Positions 22,899 through 32,111 of a stretch of 61,937 nt of DNA are shown one piece after another. Positions within the stretch are counted from its first letter, which is position 1. Each line of letters begins with the position of its first letter. Below the pieces are notes generated by a model. It worked only from the letters and a program-made list of their open reading frames with translations. It made no database searches and had not been told where the DNA came from. Location: NCBI GenBank assembly GCA_005808475.1, contig SYLY01000099.1, positions 1 through 61,937 of the forward strand, in the 5' to 3' direction. The translations under genes and the position numbers were made by a program. Source of the stretch: Acidobacteriota bacterium. Lineage in GTDB: Bacteria; Acidobacteriota; Terriglobia; Bryobacterales; Bryobacteraceae.

Positions 22899-23119
22899 CT
22901 TACCTCTCCTGTCGATCGAACAGAAGAGCCACAGCCTCGGGCCGCCGTTGCCATGCGTCCGGGCGCACGACGCCGCGAACTTGCTCGCAAGAGTTGACGG
23001 ACGGGCGCTGCTGTGATGCAAAGCCGGCGTGAGCCCAGAGCGTGTTTGGCGCCTGCTGGGCGTGAGCGGCGGCGGAGCCACATTCCACGAAATCGCATGA
23101 GCTCTTCCATGTGGCGAGA

Positions 23120-24214
23120 TTAGTAATGTGCCGGCTCGGGTGGCACGTGCCGTAACTGCGTCGAAGCCTCGTAGACCGCCAGCCGCAGCCGGTTGATTCC
23201 TCCCAAGGGGCGATGTTCGGCGATCCCATGCCAGGGAGTAAACGTCAGGTCTTCACCCAACCTCTTCCGTTCGTCCGTATCGAAATTCTGGGGTGGAATC
23301 GCGATCGTCGCAACTGTCACGAATGGATGGTCCTCCTCCCTCCATTCGCCGCAGGCATCTTCGATTTCCGTTTCGATATCGAGGCTGCTCGCCGCCCTCA
23401 CCTGAACCTGAAAATCGAAGACAATGTCTTTCGCATCGGGAGCGGTCAGACGCTCGAGCAGAGCTGTCCGCAGATAGTCTTCATCGCCTGTGTTGGGAAC
23501 GGCGCTAGACGGGTCGAGGGGACTTGCGGAGAATTTCATGATTCTGTCTTCTCCGAACAAGAAGGGAGAGCCGCTGAAGTACCGGTTATCGACGGGGCTG
23601 GCCGGCGGCTTTTGGAATGCGAAGGGAGGCGCCGGGAAAGGCTCCGCGCTTTGAATCTGGCCGATGATCTCACGGGTGCGCTTGGCTCGTTGGGCCGCGG
23701 CCGCATCCATGGTTCGAGTGAAAAAGCCTACCGGCGGCTTGACGTCCCCGTCCCTTGAAAGGACCTCGTTCAGAGCCAGGTAGTCCTCGACGTTCGAGAA
23801 TGCGAACACCGGCTGATTGATCATCAAGAAGTCCTGCGTCAACGGTCCATGAGTGGGGACCAGCGAATTGCCTGTGACACCCATCAGCTTTACGGCCATT
23901 CCACGGCTGCCGTGCTGCGCCGCTCCGTCCTTGCCCGTGCTCGCATCCCTCCCGATCCGTAGTGCGGCGTTCGAAAACCGAATCCAGGCGCCGTAGGTAT
24001 GGCCGGGAAGCGCGAACACACCGATTCGTAGATGCTCCGGCAGGGAATCCTTTACCTGGAACCGGGCCATGACGCAGCCATGGTCCTTGGGATGAACGCC
24101 CCGGCGTATTTGGTCTTTGTCCGGATACCGAGTCTTCATCTGTCCGGCGGTGAGCTTCACGATTTTCTCGATCATCTCCGCCTCGTTAGGCGGAATTCGT
24201 TCTAGTTCCGGCAT
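23120..24214 (-). CDS. catalase-related small heme protein (mini-catalase / catalase-like domain)
   Basis: Distal His region RRGVHPKDHGCV and proximal Arg...Tyr ligand region GGINRLRLAVYEAS resemble the catalase core. Only 364 aa. Confidence 0.65.
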   Translation of the reverse strand: MPELERIPPNEAEMIEKIVKLTAGQMKTRYPDKDQIRRGVHPKDHGCVMARFQVKDSLPEHLRIGVFALPGHTYGAWIRFSNAALRIGRDASTGKDGAAQHGSRGMAVKLMGVTGNSLVPTHGPLTQDFLMINQPVFAFSNVEDYLALNEVLSRDGDVKPPVGFFTRTMDAAAAQRAKRTREIIGQIQSAEPFPAPPFAFQKPPASPVDNRYFSGSPFLFGEDRIMKFSASPLDPSSAVPNTGDEDYLRTALLERLTAPDAKDIVFDFQVQVRAASSLDIETEIEDACGEWREEDHPFVTVATIAIPPQNFDTDERKRLGEDLTFTPWHGIAEHRPLGGINRLRLAVYEASTQLRHVPPEPAHY

Positions 24215-24435
24215 GTTTCTTATTCCCTTCCTAAGCTAATCGTCGCGGCTGGCGTTTCTGGAACATCCACACGGCTCGGCCAAGCGGCTCGTTTCCGAGC
24301 CGCCATCGGAAGTGCCGGCAGGCACGCCCTCGTTCCCTTCGGCGACCGTCTGGAATTGACTTGACCGGCCGGGTGGCCGGGCATCGCGTGAGAGCCCGCC
24401 TACCGGCGTGGCCGGTGAACAAGTGCTCGTGGATC

Positions 24436-25101
24436 TCACAGGTGGTCCGCCACGAATTGCAGCGTCCGTTCCCTGGACAGCTTCCGCGCCTTGGTATTGT
24501 CCGGATCGGCGCCGTTGAACCCATGGCCGGCGCCAGGGTATCGATGGAGCTCCGGGGCGATTCCCTCGTCTCCGAGCACGCCCGCAATCAGGTCGGCGTT
24601 GGCAATCGGGTCGGCCGTCCCATCGTGGATCTGTATGTGCTTCGCGGCGGACGCAACCGATCCGATGTCAGTCAGATGCGGCGCGAAAAATTCCACCACC
24701 ACGGGCGCCTGACCCCGCAACCGCAGGCCCAGGTGGCCGCCTAGCGAGAAGCCCACTAGTCCGACGCGCCCGGCGCCAACTCCTGGCAGCGCCGCGGCAT
24801 GTTTCAACGCATCCGCCAATGCCTGCTGCCAAGCGGGTAGATTCAGGAACAGGCTCCGCATGGCGGCGTCTCCCGGCTCCGTGCCGGTTTTGTCGAAGTA
24901 GTGGGGCAGCAGCGCGGTATAGCCGGCTTGGGCGAAATCCGCCCCGTACTGGCGCATCATGGTTGCCCACGGCCCGTTCCGGTCATCCGTCACGCCATCG
25001 GAACCATGAGCGATCACAACCGCCGCGCCACGGGCCGCGCCCACCGGCGGGAACAGCTCCGCCGAAATCGCTTTTCCGCCGCTCCGATAGGAAATTGTCA
25101 T
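24436..25101 (-). CDS. dienelactone hydrolase family alpha/beta hydrolase
   Basis: Nucleophile elbow GFSLGG. Later Asp/His consistent with a DLH-family catalytic triad. Start taken at MTISYRSGGK. Confidence 0.75.
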   Translation of the reverse strand: MTISYRSGGKAISAELFPPVGAARGAAVVIAHGSDGVTDDRNGPWATMMRQYGADFAQAGYTALLPHYFDKTGTEPGDAAMRSLFLNLPAWQQALADALKHAAALPGVGAGRVGLVGFSLGGHLGLRLRGQAPVVVEFFAPHLTDIGSVASAAKHIQIHDGTADPIANADLIAGVLGDEGIAPELHRYPGAGHGFNGADPDNTKARKLSRERTLQFVADHL

Positions 25102-25187
25102 ATTCGTCCTCCGCACCCCACCTATATCCAGGTAGGGAGATCGCCGTCCCCACTCCGTTGGGTGTGGCATAGGACTACTATAGTGAG

Positions 25188-28061
25188 ATGCCGGTCGCCG
25201 GGGAAGTAAGTTACGGTAGCGCGGACGGCGGCGAGCCGTCCCGGGAACAGGTCGCCCGACAGTTGGAGCGCATCCTGGCCGACCCGCTTTTCGCCAAGTC
25301 CCAGCGTCTGGGAGGCTTCCTGCGGTACTCGGTGGAAACCGCTCTCGCCGGCGCGGCCCACGAGTTGAAGGAGTACGTCATCGGCGTCCAGGTCTTCGAA
25401 CGGGGCGAGACCTACAGTCCGCAGGAAGATCCCATCGTTCGCATCATGGCCGGCCGCTTGCGGGCGAAACTGGCCGAGTATTACCAGGACAGCGGGGAAT
25501 CGGACCCGATCCTCATCGAACTGCCGCGCGGCGGCTACGCTTCCAAGTGGCACTGGCGGAGGCGGCCGCCGGCGCCTTTGCGCGGCCATCCCCCGCAAAG
25601 CCCTGAGCAGGTGGGCCGCCAAGACGAGATGAGCCGGCTTCGAGCGGCGTTCCATTCGGTTTCCGGCGGCGGCCTGATGGCCGGCGTCGCCGCCGACGCA
25701 GGCATGGGCAAGACCACGTTCGCCGAGGACTTCCTGGCCGAACTCCAGTCCGCCGGCCTGGCGCACACCGCGCGGGGACGATGTTCCGAGCGGCTGGCCG
25801 ACACGGATGCTTTCGCTCCGGTTCTCGAAGCTCTGGATGGACTATGCCGCGGCGAGGCGGCGGCGCCAGTCCTACAACTTCTGAAGAGGTCCGCGCCCGT
25901 CTGGCACGCGCACGTCTTCCACGCTTCGGACGACAGCACGGCGCGGACATCGACCCAGGAGCGCATGCGGCGGGAATTCGCCGCGTTCTTCGAGGAGCTT
26001 TCGCGAACGCGGCCCGTGGTTCTGTTCCTCGACGACCTGCACTGGGCCGACGCTTCCACCTGCGACCTGCTGAGCTACCTCGGTGCGCGCCTCCGGAACA
26101 TCCGAATCCTGATTCTGACCACATACCGGCCGGGCGCCATCCTCGCCGCCAAGCATCCGTTCCTGCCCTTGAAGCTCGATCTGGAGCGCCGCGGCCTCTG
26201 CCGCGAGATTCCCCTTTCGTTCCTGGGAAAAGAGGATGTCGAGCGCTACATCGCGACGAGGTTTCCCGGCCACGCCTTCCCGGCCGAGTTTTCCGCGGTC
26301 ATCCACGAACGGACCGAGGGTAACCCGCTCTTCTTTACGGATCTGCTGCGCTATCTCGCCGGCAGCAAGGTTCTGGTGGAGCAGGATGGGCGGTGGACGC
26401 TGGCCCGGAGCATTTCCGAAATTCGAGGCGTGATTCCGGCCGGCGCCCATGGAATGATCGGTGTCACGATCGGCCAGCTCGAGGAACAGAATCGAAACAT
26501 CCTGCTGGTGGGCGCCGTTCAAGGGATGCTGTTCGACTCGGCGGTCGCCGCCCGCGTGCTCGGCCTCGACCCCGTCCAAGTCGAGGAGCGGTTGCGCGAA
26601 CTTGAAACCGTCCACCGGTTCGTGCGCGCCATCGAAGAACAAGACCGGCCCGGATTGCCGCTCTCGGTCCGATACCGGTTTGTCCACGTCTTCTACCAGA
26701 ACGCCCTCTATGCGTCACTCACACCCTCGCGGCGGGCGGCCCAGAGCCTCGCCGTGGCCGGAGTGCTCGCCGGTTTGGCGGGGGACGCGTCGCGCGCCAT
26801 CGCCGCCGATCTCGCCGTACTGTTCGAATCGGGAAGGGACTGCGCCAGCGCCTCGCGGTACTTCCTGCACGCGGCGCGCAACGCGGCCCGCGTCTTCGCT
26901 TATCCGGAAGCCGCGCTGCTTTGCGAGCGAGGTCTTCGATCCCTGGCGACGCTGCCGGAATCCCGCCAACGCGACCAGCAGGAGATGCTCTTCTCGCTGA
27001 CGCTGGGCATGGCGCTGATGTCCACCCGCGGATACGCGGCGCCAGAAGTGGAACGAACCTACCGCCGTTCGCGCGAACTATGCCTGAAGCTCAACGAGAT
27101 TCGCCGGCTGGTGCCCGTGTTGTGGGGCATTCATACGTGTGAGACCAATGGCGGCCGGTTGCCCCAAGCCCTCGAGACCGCGCTGGAAATGCGGCGGGCC
27201 GCCGAGGCCTTGCAGCACAAGGACGCCATCGTCGAGGCGTTGCACGCCTACGGCACCACGCTTGCGTTTTTGGGACGGCTGCCCGAGGCCCGCCAGGCGC
27301 TGGAGCGCATCCTCGAAATCGCTCCTGTCAGCCAGCACGAGTTCCGCGGCTCCCTGTATGTCCTCAGTCCCCACGTCACTTCGCTCAGCATGCTGGCGCG
27401 CCTTCTGACCTTGATGGGCCACCTGGACCTGGCGATGCAGCGGGCCGCCGAATCGGTGGAACTCGCCAACCGCCTGGCGCACCCGCACAGCCTGTGCTAC
27501 GCCACGTTTTGGGTCGGATGGATTCTGCACGCACGGGGGGACCACGAACAGGCCTGCCAGTATCTGGAACCGGCCATGATCATGGGCCGCACGCATGGGC
27601 TGCCGCTCATCGCCGAATGGGGACGCGTGGTGCGCGGCTCGGCTTTCGCTCACATGGGCCGGCATGCCGAGGGAATCGCGGAGATCCGCAAGAGTATCGA
27701 GCGCCAGGACGAGATGGGGTCGAAGCTCGAACGCGCCTACTGCCTGACGCTCCTCGCCGAGGCGCTGCTTGCCGATGGACAGGCCGAGGAAGCGCTCCGA
27801 TGGTGCGATCAGGCATTGGAGTTTACGCTCCAAACGGAGGGCCGCGGCTTTGAACCGGAAACCCACCGCGTGCGTGCCGAGGCGATTCTGGCTTACCTCG
27901 GCGATGCCCGCCGGGAAGAGGTGGAAGGCGAACTTCGAGAAGCGCTGCGCCTGGCGCGCGCGGCTGGATCCTGCCTGCTGGAAGTGCGCGCGGCCGCCAG
28001 CTACGCCCGGTTTCAGACGGACTCGCCGCAACAGGCCTCGGAGTCAGCTAGCCCAGGCTAG
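25188..28061 (+). CDS. SARP/AfsR-like regulator: OmpR-type winged-helix DNA-binding domain + P-loop NTPase (AAA_16/NB-ARC-like) + TPR repeats
   Basis: N-terminus (LKEYVIGVQVFERG...VRIMAGRLRAKLAEYY) matches a trans_reg_C winged helix. Walker A GMGKTT. Long C-terminal TPR/helical region. 957 aa. Confidence 0.75.
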   Translation: MPVAGEVSYGSADGGEPSREQVARQLERILADPLFAKSQRLGGFLRYSVETALAGAAHELKEYVIGVQVFERGETYSPQEDPIVRIMAGRLRAKLAEYYQDSGESDPILIELPRGGYASKWHWRRRPPAPLRGHPPQSPEQVGRQDEMSRLRAAFHSVSGGGLMAGVAADAGMGKTTFAEDFLAELQSAGLAHTARGRCSERLADTDAFAPVLEALDGLCRGEAAAPVLQLLKRSAPVWHAHVFHASDDSTARTSTQERMRREFAAFFEELSRTRPVVLFLDDLHWADASTCDLLSYLGARLRNIRILILTTYRPGAILAAKHPFLPLKLDLERRGLCREIPLSFLGKEDVERYIATRFPGHAFPAEFSAVIHERTEGNPLFFTDLLRYLAGSKVLVEQDGRWTLARSISEIRGVIPAGAHGMIGVTIGQLEEQNRNILLVGAVQGMLFDSAVAARVLGLDPVQVEERLRELETVHRFVRAIEEQDRPGLPLSVRYRFVHVFYQNALYASLTPSRRAAQSLAVAGVLAGLAGDASRAIAADLAVLFESGRDCASASRYFLHAARNAARVFAYPEAALLCERGLRSLATLPESRQRDQQEMLFSLTLGMALMSTRGYAAPEVERTYRRSRELCLKLNEIRRLVPVLWGIHTCETNGGRLPQALETALEMRRAAEALQHKDAIVEALHAYGTTLAFLGRLPEARQALERILEIAPVSQHEFRGSLYVLSPHVTSLSMLARLLTLMGHLDLAMQRAAESVELANRLAHPHSLCYATFWVGWILHARGDHEQACQYLEPAMIMGRTHGLPLIAEWGRVVRGSAFAHMGRHAEGIAEIRKSIERQDEMGSKLERAYCLTLLAEALLADGQAEEALRWCDQALEFTLQTEGRGFEPETHRVRAEAILAYLGDARREEVEGELREALRLARAAGSCLLEVRAAASYARFQTDSPQQASESASPG

Positions 28062-28062
28062 G

Positions 28063-28842
28063 CTAGAACGGAACCCCGTCAAGCGTCCCCATCGCGCCGC
28101 GAAGGTAGTCCGTCCCGGCTTGCGCCAACTGCTCTTCCGAGTTCATGACGAACGGTCCGCCGAACAGAAGGGGCCCCTCCGCGGGCTCGCCTCCGAACAG
28201 CAGATACTCGCCCGGTGGGAATGCCACCGCGTCTCCCGCCGACAGCAGATCCAGCGCGCCGGAGAGGCGGTAGACCGCCAGTTCGAACGCCGGATCCACC
28301 GGGAGCCGGCATTCGCGGCCGCAGCGCACGCGAACGAGGAGAGCCGGCTGCGCCAAGGCCACGGGTCCGGCGGCGCCGGCGAAGGAACCCGCGACCACCG
28401 ACACGATCGCGCCGTCCACTTGCGCGTCCGGAACCTCGGAAGCCGGCACGGCGCGGTATCGCGGCTCGACGTGCTTCCGGGCGCGCGGCAGCGAGGTCCA
28501 CATCTGCACGCCGTGCAGCGACACGCCGGGCTCCGGCTTTTCGGCGTGAATCACCCCGCGGCCGGCGGTGAGCCACTGGGCGCCGCCCGCTCCGACGCGG
28601 CTCTCGTTTCCGAGCGAGTCGCGATGCACCTGCTCGCCGTCGAACAGGTAGGTGATCACCTCGATGCCCGCGTGCGGATGCGCGGGGATGCCGGGGCCGG
28701 GCTTGACGACGAAGGGTCCGAAGTGATCGAGGAATACGAACGGACCCACCGAACGGCGGGTGCGCGTGGGCAGCGCCCGCAGCACCGTCAAATCGCCGAC
28801 AGGCTCGCGGCGCGCGGCGATGGTCTCCGTCACGTGTCTCAT
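28063..28842 (-). CDS. pirin family protein (cupin)
   Basis: Pirin N-terminal motif RRSVGPFVFLDHFGP...HPHAGIEVITYLFDG. Start at MRHVTETIAARREP. Confidence 0.85.
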   Translation of the reverse strand: MRHVTETIAARREPVGDLTVLRALPTRTRRSVGPFVFLDHFGPFVVKPGPGIPAHPHAGIEVITYLFDGEQVHRDSLGNESRVGAGGAQWLTAGRGVIHAEKPEPGVSLHGVQMWTSLPRARKHVEPRYRAVPASEVPDAQVDGAIVSVVAGSFAGAAGPVALAQPALLVRVRCGRECRLPVDPAFELAVYRLSGALDLLSAGDAVAFPPGEYLLFGGEPAEGPLLFGGPFVMNSEEQLAQAGTDYLRGAMGTLDGVPF

Positions 28843-28859
28843 CTTTCGATTGTCGATCC

Positions 28860-30331
28860 TTGGCGGGCCCGTGGTACGGTGGCTCCATGCCGAACCCGAA
28901 TCCCATCGCCCTCGCCCTGCTACTACTGGCGGCTTCTCCCGCCGCCGAGGCAAGCCTGGCGGTCTATGTGGGCAAGGACTTGACCAAGGACGGCAGCGTC
29001 CTGTTGGCGGGCTTCGGCGACGAACCGTCGAGCCATTGGCTGACGATCGTTCCGCGACGGCGGCATCCCGCCGGTTCGGAGATCGCGGCCGGCGGCGGAC
29101 CGGCCTCTCGCATGCCCGGCGAACCGATTCGCATTCCCCAGGTCCCGGAGACGCATCGCTACATTTCGATGGATTACTCCTACTACTCGGGGCTGCCCGC
29201 GCCGCTGACCAACGGAGGGATGAACGAACACGGCTTGGCGGTGCGGGACGTTGCGTTGTTCTCGCGGCGCGAACTGGTGGAGACGACTCCCAATCCGCAG
29301 CGCGGCCTCAACTACAGCGACATCGCGCGCATCGCGCTCGAACGCGCGCGGACGGCGCGAGAGGCTATCGATATCTCGGTGGACCTCATCGAGAAGCACG
29401 GCGACTTCACCTATGGCGGCAACTCGCACGTGTTCGCCGATCCGAACGAGGGCTGGGTGTTACTCACGTTCGCCGGCGGAAAGGGGCTTTGGGTTGCCAA
29501 ACGGTTGGGTCCCGGCGATGTCTGGCTGAACTGGCGGGGGTACACGGGCTTCGGCTACGTTCAGGACTTGCCGCGGGACTTCCGTGACAACGCCGATTAC
29601 CTCGCTTCGAAGAACTTCGTTTCGTTCGCGACGCAACAGGGTTGGTACACACCGGACGGAAAGAAGCCTTTCCCGTCATCGACGTTTACGCCCGTCAGGG
29701 CCAGGCCAGCGAGGCTACGGCGGTGGAAGCGCGCCGGGCCGAGGCCGCGATCCGCGCTGCCGGTAAGGTGGACGCGCGCCTGCCGATGGAACTGCTGCAC
29801 GCGGCGGGCAAGGACTCGTCCGGCTACGGCCAAGTGGCTCACCTGCGCGCGAACATCCATCCGGATTTGCGGACGCTGTGGGTCGCTCCGGGTCCGCCTG
29901 TCACGGCGGCGTTCGTTCCTTGGCGGATGGGGGTGGAGTCCGTTCCTCCCGAATACCAACGCCACCGGTACCTCACGGCCGGAGAGGCGGAGCGGCAGAC
30001 GATTGCTTTGGCCGATCGGAGCGTGGAAGGCACTCGCTACGTGAATCGCGCCGTCAAGCGGCTCCTCTATCTGGTGGACGAGCACCGGGACGAATTCCTG
30101 CCGGAAGTGAGCGCCGCCATGGCGGCGTTCGATCGCCGGCAACTTGCCTCGCAACCGGCGGTGGAGCGAACGGCTCAGGTGCTGCTCGATGCTCGCGAAG
30201 ACGCGTTGGCAAGGCGCTATCTGACGGAGCAGGCGCACGCGGCGGCTCGCGAGGGCCACCTTCTGATCGAGGCTCTGGCGGCCAGTATCGAGGCGCGCGC
30301 GAAGCTGAAACCTGGTGCGAGTTTTCGATAA
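28860..30331 (+). pseudogene. C69-family dipeptidase-like gene, frameshifted near 29660-29700
   Basis: Signal peptide plus SLAVYVGKDLTKDGSVLLAGFGDEP (C69 N-terminal Ntn-like block, Ser in place of the usual Cys). The protein-like reading continues in a second frame (ORF 29642..30331) after GWYTPDG. The first frame degenerates into Arg/Pro-rich junk. Confidence 0.65.
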
Positions 30332-30439
30332 TGTCCCCATAGGCGTTCATTAGAAATGTCCCCTAGAGGCTGAAGACCTCCAAGGGAGGCGGAAATGGCG
30401 AGAACAGCGATGAGCGAGCAGGAACCGAGGTGAGCAACG

Positions 30440-30957
30440 TTGCTGGCGCAGGTGAAGAGTGGGGCCTGGACGCTGGTGCAAGAGGCCGACCGGCTGGAGA
30501 TGAGCTACCGTCAGGCCAAGCGGTTATGGAAGCAATACAAGAAGAAGCGTGCGGTAGGGCTCGTGCATGGCAGCGCCGGACGAACCTGCAATCGGGCCAA
30601 GCCCAAGGAGCTACGTCGGAAGGTGGTGCGACAGATCGGCCAGAAATATTCCGGTGAAGTGGGCAAGCGGTTCGGGCCGACGCTGGCGACTGAGCACTTG
30701 GCAAGCGAGGACGGGGTTGAGTTGCCGGTGACGACGATCAGGCGGTGGTAGCGGAGGGATTATGGAGAAGTGCGAGAAAGGCGCGTCAGCATCGGCAGAG
30801 ACGGGAGCGGCGCGAGCACTTCGGGGATCTGGTGCGGATGGACGGAGGCTTTCATGAATGGCTCGAAGATGGCGGACCGCGGGGCTGCATCATGAACATG
30901 GTTTCAACGACGATCCCGGCATTCCCTGCCCAATACGCGATTCGGAGGAGTCCATGA
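30440..30957 (+). pseudogene. ISNCY-like (DDE/rve-type) transposase N-terminal remnant, frameshifted and truncated
   Basis: HTH region MSYRQAKRLWKQYKKKRAVGLVHGSAGRTCNRA and ...FGPTLATEHLASEDGVEL... then, in another frame, HRQRRERREHFGDLVRMDGGFHEWLEDGGPRGCIMNMV. The catalytic DDE core is absent. Confidence 0.6.
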
Positions 30958-31244
30958 AGTGCTTTCGTGCGGTAGTGGGGCTCATCGTTGCAGCCTTGCG
31001 GACAGACGCTGAATCCGGTGGGCGACAGATCGACACCGCAAGGCCGCCTCGAAGCTCCCAGCTCCCGCCTGACCCTGTGGAACAATTCCAGCAATGGCAG
31101 GGTCCGCACTCCCCAAGCACCCTCCAAAGCCAGTTCGTGATCACCCGCTGGCCGCTAAACACCGCGCCGTTTTGCGGGTTCAATTGGCGTATGCCATTAT
31201 GAAACTGGAGGTGCCATACGAAAGCTGTCGAGTTTGAAGCCACG

Positions 31245-31448
31245 ATGAGCCAAGGCGGGGAGATCGTTCTTCCGGCTGAGTTTCTTCGAGAAATCCCGGC
31301 GGGGCAGCAACTGAAGGTCGTCGTAATGTGGGAGGCCGGATCGGCCGACACGGCGTGGCGTGCAGCCGGGCGGCTGAGATTCGAAGAAGCCTACGGCGCC
31401 GAGGACGTTATCTACGATCAACTCATCAATGAAACTCCAGGTCGCTGA
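31245..31448 (+). CDS. putative antitoxin (small AbrB/MazE-like) of MazF/PemK toxin
   Basis: 67-aa ORF whose stop overlaps the MazF-like toxin start by 20 nt. An in-frame TGA lies 15 codons upstream of the ATG. Confidence 0.5.
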   Translation: MSQGGEIVLPAEFLREIPAGQQLKVVVMWEAGSADTAWRAAGRLRFEEAYGAEDVIYDQLINETPGR

Positions 31449-31755
31449 AGTCGTATTGATCCGCATGCAGTTTCATCAGGCTCCGGGCTCGAAGATCCGG
31501 CCCGCGCTTGTCCTGATGGATCCGGGTGACGAGGATTTCGTGGCTGCGCCGATCACGTCTCAGCCGAGGGCGTCCGAGTTTGACTTGGCCGTCGCGGACT
31601 GGCAGCCGGCTGGTCTCAATGTTCCTTCGATGGTGCGAGTGCACAAACTTACCGTTCTGTCCAAGGCCGATATTGTTCGCCGGCTTGGAGTCTGTTCAAG
31701 CGCCGATCAGGAAGCGCTAGCAAAGCTACTGTGCCGCGTGTTTTGCCCAGCGTGA
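31429..31755 (+). CDS. MazF/PemK family toxin (type II TA endoribonuclease)
   Basis: AEVVLIRMQFHQAPGSKIRPALVLMD...FVAAPITSQPR...VRVHKLTVLSKADIVRRLG matches the PemK/MazF signature (RPALV, APITS). Confidence 0.8.
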   Translation: MKLQVAEVVLIRMQFHQAPGSKIRPALVLMDPGDEDFVAAPITSQPRASEFDLAVADWQPAGLNVPSMVRVHKLTVLSKADIVRRLGVCSSADQEALAKLLCRVFCPA

Positions 31756-32111
31756 GGGGGAGTCGATCATGACAGATATGACAGATAGTGGTCCTAACGC
31801 GGAGTTAACCATTCGCGTAGCGAAGTCGCGGCCGCATGGACAGCACGAATCAAGCTGGCTGAAGGGCTCTTTGGCGCTTTAGGTGTACCTCGGCGGCGCC
31901 CGCTGAACCTTGCGGAACTCTAAGCGCCCGGCCAAGGCCATGCAGACTCCGCCCCGGGCCGAGGCTCCGGAAATTCCAAACTGGCTACGAAGAAGAAGGG
32001 GACACTTCTAGCTAACGCCGCGGGATGGGGACATTTCTAAAGACCGCTGACAGCGCGAGTCTGAAGCCTTGACATCTTTCGCGCGGACCGATAGAGTCTT
32101 CGCAGCCCCTC

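Larger units (their letters stand above)
30330..32040. mobile_element. degenerate IS-like element bounded by subterminal inverted repeats (TAGAAATGTCCCC), carrying a transposase remnant and a mazEF-like module
   Basis: Left end: AATGTCCCCAT (30330-30340) and TAGAAATGTCCCC (30351-30363). Right end: GGGGACACTTCTA (31997-32010) and GGGGACATTTCTAA (32025-32040), the reverse complements. The interior holds a truncated transposase N-terminus. Confidence 0.6.

Noticed and set aside
25513-26687. Several 170-270 aa ORFs inside the SARP-like regulator gene
   Set aside because: Alternative and antisense frames with R/A/P bias. The sense frame has P-loop and wHTH motifs.
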